This document shows, in pieces, positions 1-8,147 of a stretch of DNA of 57,691 bases. The stretch comes from an uncultured Bdellovibrionales bacterium. Lineage in GTDB: Bacteria; Bdellovibrionota; Bdellovibrionia; Bdellovibrionales; UBA1609. How positions within the stretch are numbered: position 1 is the stretch's first letter; each line of letters opens with the position of its first letter. Made by a program: the position numbers and the translations under genes. The notes beneath the pieces are model-generated. The model did not search any database. It was not told the origin of the DNA and saw only the letters and a program-made list of their open reading frames with translations. The DNA is taken from assembly GCA_938001965.1 (NCBI GenBank), contig CALLBC010000033.1, positions 1-57,691 of the forward strand, given 5' to 3'.

Positions 1-36
1 ATTTTTAATGATTTTATTCTCTTGTGTTGAGATCAT
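1..36 (-). CDS. 5' end of an unidentified CDS running off the window (MISTQENKIIKN...)
   Basis: ATG at 36-34 on the minus strand with an AAGGAG Shine-Dalgarno just upstream; frame is open to the window edge. Only 12 codons are visible. Confidence 0.6.
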   Translation of the reverse strand, partial: MISTQENKIIKN

Positions 37-88
37 GGTTACTCCTTTTTATTGTTAAGTTTTGTCGCTTAACTAAAAGGGTAACCAT
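35..88 (-). promoter_or_regulatory. Long imperfect hairpin covering the SD and start codon of the edge CDS
   Basis: ATGGTTAC(35-42)/GTAACCAT(81-88), CCTTTT/AAAAGG and GTTAAG/CTTAAC form nested inverted repeats. Confidence 0.6.
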
Positions 89-149
89 ATTTCTTCACTT
101 ATCCACACCGTGAAGTGTCAGATCAAGTCGTGACTTCTACACCTAAGTA

Positions 150-800
150 CTATTCTTCAGCTCCTTGGCTTATCCACTCATCAACTATTTCTCTTTCCCT
201 ATCTGTCATTGTCCCAACTTGTGGCATATCTTTTATAACTACAACTCTATTTCTTAGGGAATCTAACTTCGTAATTACTGTGCTATAATCCAACACATTA
301 AACAGTCCACTGCCAGCATTATGACAAAGTGCACATTTCATTTCAAACAAGGGTAAAATTGTTTGCTCAAATGATAATGCTTCCTCCTCTGGAAGTGGCT
401 GCTCAGGCATTTCTTCTTCTGGTGACTCTTCACTTGGTGGCTCCTCTATTGTTTCATCGCCCTCTAGTCCACCATCTTCAACCCATCTTGCAATAATTTC
501 TCTTTCAAGCTCAGTCATTGAATTTCCACTAGGCATATCTTTTACAATTACTACTCTATTTTTAATTTCATCAATTTTGGTTATTGCAGTTTCATATTCT
601 AATACGTTAAACAAGCTACTTTCAGCATTATGACATTGAGCACACTTTTGTACCAATAATGGTTTGATGTCTTGAAAAGTGATAAATTCTTTATCTTGTA
701 TATCTTGAACTGTACTTTTCCCACTTGAGTTATGCTTTGCCTCTCCGCAGCTCACCAAAAGTATAGATATTATCATGATAATTATATTTTTTAATCTCAT
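150..800 (-). CDS. Di-heme cytochrome c lipoprotein made of two tandem homologous mono-heme domains
   Basis: Lipobox LLVSC; two CxxCH motifs (CAQCH, CALCH), each followed by a DMP (candidate Met ligand) and a WxxxG motif; acidic Pro/Glu linker. Confidence 0.85.
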   Translation of the reverse strand: MRLKNIIIMIISILLVSCGEAKHNSSGKSTVQDIQDKEFITFQDIKPLLVQKCAQCHNAESSLFNVLEYETAITKIDEIKNRVVIVKDMPSGNSMTELEREIIARWVEDGGLEGDETIEEPPSEESPEEEMPEQPLPEEEALSFEQTILPLFEMKCALCHNAGSGLFNVLDYSTVITKLDSLRNRVVVIKDMPQVGTMTDREREIVDEWISQGAEE

Positions 801-869
801 AGGACTTCCCCCTAATATGATTATCGCAATAATTGTGATATAAATAAATATACATGATAGAATAATAAT

Positions 870-886
870 TATTCCAAAAGGGAATA
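870..886. promoter_or_regulatory. Putative LysR recognition box (T-N11-A dyad)
   Basis: TATTCC-AAAAG-GGAATA inverted repeat directly before the LysR start codon in the divergent intergenic region. Confidence 0.55.
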
Positions 887-889
887 CCA

Positions 890-1690
890 GTGATTATCAA
901 AACTGATTATTTAAAGTTTTTAACTATTTATGAAGAAAAGAGCCTTTCTAATGCGGCTATTAAGCTTGACGTTTATCAAGCAGCATTGTCAAAAACTCTT
1001 AAAAAAATTGAAGATGAGTTAAGCCACAACCTTTTTATTCGTACTAATAGAGGAATTCTGCCTACAGAACAAGGCCATAAACTCTATTCTTTTCTTAAAA
1101 ATCAAATTAATCATTGGAATACCTTTAATGGAGATATTCAATTTAAGGATACTGTAACTGGGGTTGTTCGAATTGGAGGCCACCCAATTATTTTAAACCA
1201 ATTTGATAATGTTTTTGCTAATATTATTAGTGAGTATCCAAGCTCTGATCTTGAATTTAGCTTTGCCAGGTCTGCAGACATAACAAGACGAGTATTAAAT
1301 TTTGAGCTGGAGTTCGGCTTAGTGGTAAACCCAATGACATTTAATGACTTAGTCCTAAAGCCACTCTCATCAGATGAAATTGCTTTATTCTCCTCAAAAA
1401 AGAATTTCAATAGCAAAATAATTATTTATAACCCTGAATTAATTAGTAAAGCCCAACTGGTGAAAAATGCTGGGAAAAAAGTTAAATTAATGCCTATTGC
1501 TAACCTTTCCCTTTCCATTTCTATTGCTAAAAAGCTCAATTGCCAACTGTTAATCCCACATTCTATTGCCACAGGCTACGGATTTAAAAACAAAACTAGT
1601 CACTCATTTAACAGCAGCACAATTTATTTAATATACAGAAATGAACAAAAGTTTATTTTTAACACCCGATTGATAACTGATTTATTTTGA
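890..1690 (+). CDS. LysR-family transcriptional regulator
   Basis: N-terminal LysR HTH (SLSNAAIKLDVYQAALSKTLKKIEDEL...LFIRTNRGILPTEQG); substrate-binding domain begins GVVRIG; GTG start. Confidence 0.92.
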   Translation: MIIKTDYLKFLTIYEEKSLSNAAIKLDVYQAALSKTLKKIEDELSHNLFIRTNRGILPTEQGHKLYSFLKNQINHWNTFNGDIQFKDTVTGVVRIGGHPIILNQFDNVFANIISEYPSSDLEFSFARSADITRRVLNFELEFGLVVNPMTFNDLVLKPLSSDEIALFSSKKNFNSKIIIYNPELISKAQLVKNAGKKVKLMPIANLSLSISIAKKLNCQLLIPHSIATGYGFKNKTSHSFNSSTIYLIYRNEQKFIFNTRLITDLF

Positions 1691-1728
1691 AAGGCAAATA
1701 TTTAATAAGTTTTTTAGTATCGGCCAGT

Positions 1729-3378
1729 CTACAACTCTTCTGCTAACTTAACAGCAGCATCAATATTTAAATGCTTTGCGTTTTTAGTTAAGCCAACAAG
1801 CAGACTATCTTTTGTCCCTGACTCAACAATAATTTTTTTAACTTCCTCGGGAGATAGGCTTGAGTTAACACTCAATATCTCTGCGGCCAAACCTGTAACT
1901 ATTGGGGCTGCCATAGAAGTCCCGCTCATTGGGATATAATAAACATCGACATTATTAACCATTGCCGCAGAGTATAGACTGTCACTTGAATCTCCACCCG
2001 GAGCAACAATATCAACTACAGAGCCAAAGTTAGAATACGCAGTAAGTGGTTTAGAATTTTTACTACTCGCTGATACAACAATCATGTTTTCTAAGCCTAA
2101 GCTGGCTGGGTAAATTGGCTTTCTATCTAAGTTCAACCCAAAACCAAATACTGGGTGCCCATTCCCAGACGCTACAACCAGTATTACATCATTATCTTTA
2201 GCATATTCGTAAGCCATCTCTTCTGCTGCTGTTGGCTCACCATAACCACCAAGTGATAAGTTGATTATTTTCGCCCCTTGATCAACAGCATATAAAATTG
2301 CCCCAGCCAAACTTGCTGAGTCAACTACAGATCCACTAGTCACTTTAACAGGTAAGATTAACGCATTACTGGTAACACCAGACTCTTCTCCAGCGATTAA
2401 TCCCGAAACATGTGAACCATGGCCAATATCATCCATTGGGTGAGGGTCCTTGCTAATAAAATCAAACCCAGAATAATCATCCACAAACCCATTACCATCA
2501 TCATCAATTTCATTGCCTGGTATTTCTTCTTCATTTCTATACATGGACTGATTTAAACCCGGATGGTTGTAGTTTACACCAGAATCAAGAACAGCAACTA
2601 TAATTTTATCTGTTCTATCTGTCTTTCCATCTAATAAGCCAGCCTCTTCTAGGTGGTGAGTATCTAGATTACTTGGTAAGCTATCTAAGCTTTCTTCAAG
2701 AATGGGTGCATTAGAAGTTACCCAATGTAAGTATGGAGAAATTCCACATACATTATTTTTATCTTTAGCAACAACACTAACTTGATATTGACCAACGCCA
2801 GTGAGCTCCAAGCTAAAGCTTTTTCCTTCATACAAATACTGGTCATAAACTGTCATCCCAACATTAGTTAAAAACCAAAGGTATTCCGTCTCAGTACTAA
2901 TTTCTCCATCTAGTTGTATAACCTCTAGCTCAAGTGAGTCTCCCATATTACTGGTTGTAACTTGTGATATAGGATCTTTAATTACATTTTCATCTTTATT
3001 TTTAATATGTAAAGATAGGCTTTGGTCTTCTTTACAGCCTTTAATAAAACTTTGAATTTTTGCACTTTCATTCACTGGCTCATCTGGAGCCTCTGCTTGA
3101 TTATGTTGATATAATTGATTTTTTTCAATTTTAGCACCGGGAAATGCCTTAGTGACCTTTTCTTTTGTACTATATACTTCTACTAATTTATGTCTTTCAT
3201 TTACCGTTCTATAACTTAAGCCAGAGTCTTTTGCTTCTTTAGTAGAAACTCCAGTAACAATAAACCCTAAGCTCTCTTTGGTGCTTGGCGCAGTTTTAAC
3301 TTCTTTATTAACAGTACATGCAGTCATTGCCGCTGTTAATAATGCAATATTTAGAATCTTCAATGTTCCTCTCATCAT
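1729..3378 (-). CDS. S8 (subtilisin-like) serine peptidase, probable lipoprotein
   Basis: Catalytic triad motifs VAVLDSG, HGSHVSG, GTSMAAP; oxyanion ASGN; signal ending MTAC. Start is likely one of three ATGs at 3375-3381 behind an AGGGG SD rather than 3408. Confidence 0.92.
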   Translation of the reverse strand: MMRGTLKILNIALLTAAMTACTVNKEVKTAPSTKESLGFIVTGVSTKEAKDSGLSYRTVNERHKLVEVYSTKEKVTKAFPGAKIEKNQLYQHNQAEAPDEPVNESAKIQSFIKGCKEDQSLSLHIKNKDENVIKDPISQVTTSNMGDSLELEVIQLDGEISTETEYLWFLTNVGMTVYDQYLYEGKSFSLELTGVGQYQVSVVAKDKNNVCGISPYLHWVTSNAPILEESLDSLPSNLDTHHLEEAGLLDGKTDRTDKIIVAVLDSGVNYNHPGLNQSMYRNEEEIPGNEIDDDGNGFVDDYSGFDFISKDPHPMDDIGHGSHVSGLIAGEESGVTSNALILPVKVTSGSVVDSASLAGAILYAVDQGAKIINLSLGGYGEPTAAEEMAYEYAKDNDVILVVASGNGHPVFGFGLNLDRKPIYPASLGLENMIVVSASSKNSKPLTAYSNFGSVVDIVAPGGDSSDSLYSAAMVNNVDVYYIPMSGTSMAAPIVTGLAAEILSVNSSLSPEEVKKIIVESGTKDSLLVGLTKNAKHLNIDAAVKLAEEL

Positions 3379-3600
3379 CATGCCCCCTGCCACCCCCGTG
3401 ACTTCCACAACTTGCTTTATTTTTTTGCAAATAACAATTTAGGTATTATTTTCACGGCAATAAGAATTACTTATGGAGTATTTTTTAATAAAAATATTAG
3501 TATCTTAGGAGAAAATTGTTATCTCTTAAAAATTCTTACAATGTACGGCTTTGTAAAATGAACAATAATTTAACGCATATTTTTGTTTTAATTATATTTC

Positions 3601-4356
3601 TTATGCCGATTCAAGGTCAGTTTCATCACTGCCTTTATCACCTAGAACTTTAACTAAAAATATTGATAGTTCATATAAAAGAGATAGTGGAACTAGCATT
3701 GCAAACATACTAATAACATCTGGTGGAGTTATCATTGCAGATAATGCAGCCAAGATAACTATTGCATATCTTCTTTTACTTGCTAGAAAATGATGATCAA
3801 TAACACCTAGGATTCCTAGGATTGTAAGTACCAATGGCATCTCAAAAGCAGCACCAAAAACTAAAGTTGTTGTTGTAAAAAACGATAGATACTCACTAAT
3901 CGTAATCATAGGCGCTGTATTTCCACTGCCACCAAAGTTCATTAAAAAATCAAACGCCATTGGATAAACAATAAAGTAAACAAATGAAACACCCAATAAA
4001 AATAAAAACGAACCGCTGAAAATAAATGCAATCCCATATTTTTTTTCTTTTTCATACAGTCCTGGAGCTATAAATAACCAAACTTGATAAATCCAAAAAG
4101 GACAGCTCAAGATTATTGATGCCAATAACGAAATTTTTATATGAGCTAAAAAGTTATCCATGGGGCCAGTAAATACTAAACTACCGTCTTTCAAAAAAGG
4201 AGCTATTGGCTGCTTAATGATTTCAAACAACTGATTTCTAAACATCCAACAAACACAAAAGCCTACCACTACTGCAATGACTGATCTTAAAAGGCATTTT
4301 CTTAAATCACTTAAATGTTCAACTAGTGTTTGTGGTGCTTCTTCTTCATTACTCAT
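3601..4356 (-). CDS. tatC: Twin-arginine translocase subunit TatC
   Basis: TLVEHLSDLR, YQVWLFIAPGLY, FEMP and ITPPD motifs; about 6 TM helices. Confidence 0.97.
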   Translation of the reverse strand: MSNEEEAPQTLVEHLSDLRKCLLRSVIAVVVGFCVCWMFRNQLFEIIKQPIAPFLKDGSLVFTGPMDNFLAHIKISLLASIILSCPFWIYQVWLFIAPGLYEKEKKYGIAFIFSGSFLFLLGVSFVYFIVYPMAFDFLMNFGGSGNTAPMITISEYLSFFTTTTLVFGAAFEMPLVLTILGILGVIDHHFLASKRRYAIVILAALSAMITPPDVISMFAMLVPLSLLYELSIFLVKVLGDKGSDETDLESA

Positions 4357-4358
4357 TA

Positions 4359-4703
4359 CTATGACCTATCTGTGTCTTCATCTAAAAGAAGGGACAGCTG
4401 CCCATCATCATCAATTTCTTCATGAGGCTCATCATGACTGCTCTGGTGACCCTCATCGATATTATGGTAGTCTTCCTCGACATCACCTACTTCATCAGTA
4501 ATATCATCCATATACTCATTAACTTTTGAGGTTGCATCTGTTTTTACTTGCGCAATTGTTCCTGTGATATCTTTAGTTGCTCTTTTCAACTCATTTAAAG
4601 TTCGCGCAACAACCTTAGCCACCTCCGGCAACTGTTTTGGGCCAATCACCAATAATGCTAATCCGCCAAGAGCTAATAATTCTGGGAAACCTAAATTAAA
4701 CAT
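4359..4703 (-). CDS. tatB: Twin-arginine translocase subunit TatB (TatA/B family)
   Basis: MFNLGFPELLALGGLALLVIGPKQLPEVAK signature; start moved to ATG 4703; directly upstream of tatC. Confidence 0.88.
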   Translation of the reverse strand: MFNLGFPELLALGGLALLVIGPKQLPEVAKVVARTLNELKRATKDITGTIAQVKTDATSKVNEYMDDITDEVGDVEEDYHNIDEGHQSSHDEPHEEIDDDGQLSLLLDEDTDRS

Positions 4704-4755
4704 GCCTAAGGATACCTTGTTCGATGGGAGTAAACAAGTGTAATGTCTGAGCTTT

Positions 4756-5361
4756 TTACTGCTTGCTAGAGCTTTTCTTTGGAATGTTAAATACTCCAAG
4801 CTCAAGAAGTTGATCTTTAGCTAGACCTGAGTTGGTTAATAAGTATTTATCATGTAATCGCAGTATATCTGAAGAGTCTTGAATAGCACACTCTTGACTT
4901 ATTAATGTTAAAACATCTACAAAACTTAAAAAGTTTTCTGAGATGTCTTTATAAACTTTAGACTGTAAGTCAGTTAATGTTGATTCAGACAATACTGAGT
5001 AAGCAGTTTCACCCATTTCTATGTAGTAATCCACATCAATTATTTTTCTTTTAAAAGAATCTCCAAAAAAACCACTTACATATAAGCTGACATCGCCCAA
5101 GCGTTTTAATAAATTTATTTTTAATTTATCATCAGCATTTACAGCAGTTAGATAAAGCTCTGCTAAACAAAAATTTTCTTTTGTACCATCGGCTTTTTTT
5201 TCAACATAAAGATTATCAGCTCGTAAAAAGTTATTTAATAAATTTACTAGATATTCTTGGACTTGTGGCTTAGTTTTGACATTACGTTCGTTACAGGCAT
5301 TGCCAATTAACTCAGAAAAGTACATTTTAGAATCTAAAATAATCTCACTAGCTGCTGACAT
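4756..5361 (-). CDS. Hypothetical protein, helical, function unknown
   Basis: 201-aa ORF with GGAG SD; contains a conserved-looking block LKRLGDVSLYVSGFFGDSFKRKIIDVDYYIEMG. Confidence 0.8.
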   Translation of the reverse strand: MSAASEIILDSKMYFSELIGNACNERNVKTKPQVQEYLVNLLNNFLRADNLYVEKKADGTKENFCLAELYLTAVNADDKLKINLLKRLGDVSLYVSGFFGDSFKRKIIDVDYYIEMGETAYSVLSESTLTDLQSKVYKDISENFLSFVDVLTLISQECAIQDSSDILRLHDKYLLTNSGLAKDQLLELGVFNIPKKSSSKQ

Positions 5362-5524
5362 AAATAACTCCCGAATAATTTAAATAAAGCTATTACACTT
5401 ATAATATATCAAATTATCGGTAGATTTTAAAAAAAACACTAGACCGAGGTGCTACATTTATTCACATTGTCTCAATTAGTTACGCTGCTAAAAATTCTGC
5501 TTATGGGTGCTAAAAAAAATTTTT

Positions 5525-8131
5525 TTACCACGGCTTGGTAGCACCAACCGCACTAAACACTTTTGGTCTACTAAAAATTTCTTTGGCTAAACTCATAACA
5601 TCATTTGCGCTTACATTTGTGATATGATCTTGATACTTAAATACTTCTTCATAAGGTATACCATATATATCACTAAATATTATTGAAGACGTAAATGCAG
5701 AGTTTTTCTGTAATTCAATATGATACTTTCCAATAATATATTGTTTTGCTCTTTTTAACTCTTCCTCGCTGACTTTATCCTGGCAAAGCTTTTGAAATTC
5801 TGCATCAAGCATTTTTATGGCTTTTTTAGATTTCTCAGGTGAACAAGCTATATAGGCCCCAAAAAAACCACCATCTATTCCATCCATTCTCATGGGAGAT
5901 AATGAATAAGCCATTGAGTTTTTATCTCTTAATTCTAAAAACAGTCTTCCACCCTGCCCCGCTAAGACAGCTTGAATAACATCCAGAACATATCTTTTAG
6001 GGTCAGCCATTTTAACTGCTTCTTGACCAACAAGTAAGTGTGTCTGCTCCTTTTCAGATTTTTTGTAAAAATATTTATCTTCCGTTATTTTCTTTGAATG
6101 GCTTGGTGCTAATCGATCTTCTACTTTTTTAATCTTAGGGTAACGCTCTTCAAGAGTTTGAATTACCTTATCCAACCCCTTTAAATCTCCAGACAGACAA
6201 AAAGAAACTCTGTTTGATGACCTTATTGTTTTATAGAAGTCACTGACATTGGACGCGTTAATTTTACTTAATGACTCTTCAGTTCCTTGATTCTTTTTTC
6301 CATAAGCATGACCTTCAAACATAGTACTCATGAACCCTCTTATGCATTCTTGTGCAGGGTTATCTGATTGCTGCTTAATGGATTGAAGCATAAATAATTT
6401 TTCTCGCTCAACCATCTTATCACTAAACTTTGGCTCTAGAACAGTATCTAAATATACATTTAATACGTCTTGAAAATATGGCGTTAACGTCGTCATTGTC
6501 ATTCCATTAGTATTTTTCCCTGAGAACGAAGACATACCAGAAGATCTAAGCTCAATAAACTTTGCCATTTCTTTTTCTGTAAGATTTTTATTTTCATTGG
6601 CCCAACAGTTTGTTGTTAACTCTGATAGTCCGCCTAATCTATCAGGCTCGTATCGCAAGCCAGCTAAGAATGCTGTTCTAACATTAACAACCGGAATCTC
6701 ATTACTCAAGCGAGTGAACACTCTTAGGCCATTTGATAAAACTTGATTGTCCATTTTTATTTTTGCATTCTTTTTCAGTGACCCAAGTTTTTTGCTTTTT
6801 TTACGCGCCTTGTTTTCTTTATTTCTTGGTGCTTTAAGCGTTTTAAATTTTCTTTTGTATTTTGCATTCCACTTGCGTGCAATTTTTTTTGCTACCTCAT
6901 CATCTTCCTCACTGAAAATTGTTAGATTTAACTTTTCTGGTAGCAAGTACTTTTTAAATGCTTTAAATAAGTCTTTCTCTTCGAGCGACTTAATTCTTTC
7001 AAGATAAGTTTCACTATAGTCTGGATCTAGAAAGTTATATTCATAGTAACCAATTTTTTTAGAAATACCGTCAACTGTTTCGTAAGTAAATACTTCATCA
7101 CTTTCAAGGCTTGATTTTGAAATCTGGATTAAGTCTTCGTCTATAGACTTAGCAAAAAATTCTTCCATGCATTCAAGTAATTTTTCTGTGGCAACCTGTA
7201 TGTTTTCTTTATCAACAGAAAGTGTAATATTAAAAAAACCCTTGTCTTTTGTGGCAAATAGTGAGGAATAGGCATATCTTACTACAGCTTCTTCGAGGCG
7301 AAGTTTTTGATTAAATAGAGACGACTCATTTTGCCCTAAGACCATGGCAAGCATATCAAGGGCCGCAATATCTTTATGAGTGATCTTTGGTATTGGCCAT
7401 GAAAAGTGAACTACGTTTTGTTTGAAACTTGATTGAACAACTTTCGTTCGCGTTGTTTTCTGGGCTGGCTCAACATTTCTTTTAACCTTGCCAAGCTTTC
7501 TATCGGGTATGTCTTGATAATAGCTTTTAACTAGTTTTTTTGCCTCAGGCAGGTCAAAGTCGCCAGTAACTACTAAAAACATATTCTTGGGCACATACCT
7601 GCGGTTGTAATAATCTTTGATCGTTTCCACAGTTACATTTTCAATGTTTTTTTCATAGCCAATTACAGGTATACCGTAAGGGTGCTTCTTGTACATAGTT
7701 GAGAATAGTAATCTTGAAGAAAGGCGGCCTGGGTTATCCATTGATCTTTTAATTTCCTCAATTACAACTTCGCGCTCATTATCTACTTCAACTGGGTCAA
7801 AAGTTGGATATCCTAGCATTTCAGAAATTACTTCTAAACCAACATCAAGTTGATCCTTGTACATCGTTACATGAAATACTGTTTCATCAAACGATGTGTA
7901 AGCATTTAACTGACCACCTGCGCCTTCAATTTTTTTTGCCGCATCACCTACGCCTAAGTTTTTACTTCCCTTAAATACTAAATGCTCTATAAAGTGACTG
8001 ATGCCCTCTTCTCCCTTTTTCTCATCAGCACTGCCTGTTTTCACCCACATTCGAACTGAGACCACCGGGGCCTTCTTTGTTTTAAAAAAGAAAACATCTA
8101 ATCCATTTTTTAATTGCATTTTTTTTAGCAT
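5525..8131 (-). CDS. M16 (pitrilysin-family) zinc peptidase with two fused M16 modules
   Basis: Inverted zinc motif HFIEH, NAYTSFD, EREVVIEE; second module lacks HxxEH; RLFLELRDK C-terminal motif. Confidence 0.93.
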   Translation of the reverse strand: MLKKMQLKNGLDVFFFKTKKAPVVSVRMWVKTGSADEKKGEEGISHFIEHLVFKGSKNLGVGDAAKKIEGAGGQLNAYTSFDETVFHVTMYKDQLDVGLEVISEMLGYPTFDPVEVDNEREVVIEEIKRSMDNPGRLSSRLLFSTMYKKHPYGIPVIGYEKNIENVTVETIKDYYNRRYVPKNMFLVVTGDFDLPEAKKLVKSYYQDIPDRKLGKVKRNVEPAQKTTRTKVVQSSFKQNVVHFSWPIPKITHKDIAALDMLAMVLGQNESSLFNQKLRLEEAVVRYAYSSLFATKDKGFFNITLSVDKENIQVATEKLLECMEEFFAKSIDEDLIQISKSSLESDEVFTYETVDGISKKIGYYEYNFLDPDYSETYLERIKSLEEKDLFKAFKKYLLPEKLNLTIFSEEDDEVAKKIARKWNAKYKRKFKTLKAPRNKENKARKKSKKLGSLKKNAKIKMDNQVLSNGLRVFTRLSNEIPVVNVRTAFLAGLRYEPDRLGGLSELTTNCWANENKNLTEKEMAKFIELRSSGMSSFSGKNTNGMTMTTLTPYFQDVLNVYLDTVLEPKFSDKMVEREKLFMLQSIKQQSDNPAQECIRGFMSTMFEGHAYGKKNQGTEESLSKINASNVSDFYKTIRSSNRVSFCLSGDLKGLDKVIQTLEERYPKIKKVEDRLAPSHSKKITEDKYFYKKSEKEQTHLLVGQEAVKMADPKRYVLDVIQAVLAGQGGRLFLELRDKNSMAYSLSPMRMDGIDGGFFGAYIACSPEKSKKAIKMLDAEFQKLCQDKVSEEELKRAKQYIIGKYHIELQKNSAFTSSIIFSDIYGIPYEEVFKYQDHITNVSANDVMSLAKEIFSRPKVFSAVGATKPW

Positions 8132-8147
8132 AAAATAAAACCCCTTT

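Noticed and set aside
3536-3556. TTACAA-N9-TTGTAA dyad upstream of the subtilase
   Set aside because: Short AT-rich dyad, single occurrence, plausible by chance.
4704-4805. N-terminal extension of TatB in the ORF track
   Set aside because: Family homology starts at MFNLG (4703); the extension overlaps the upstream gene.
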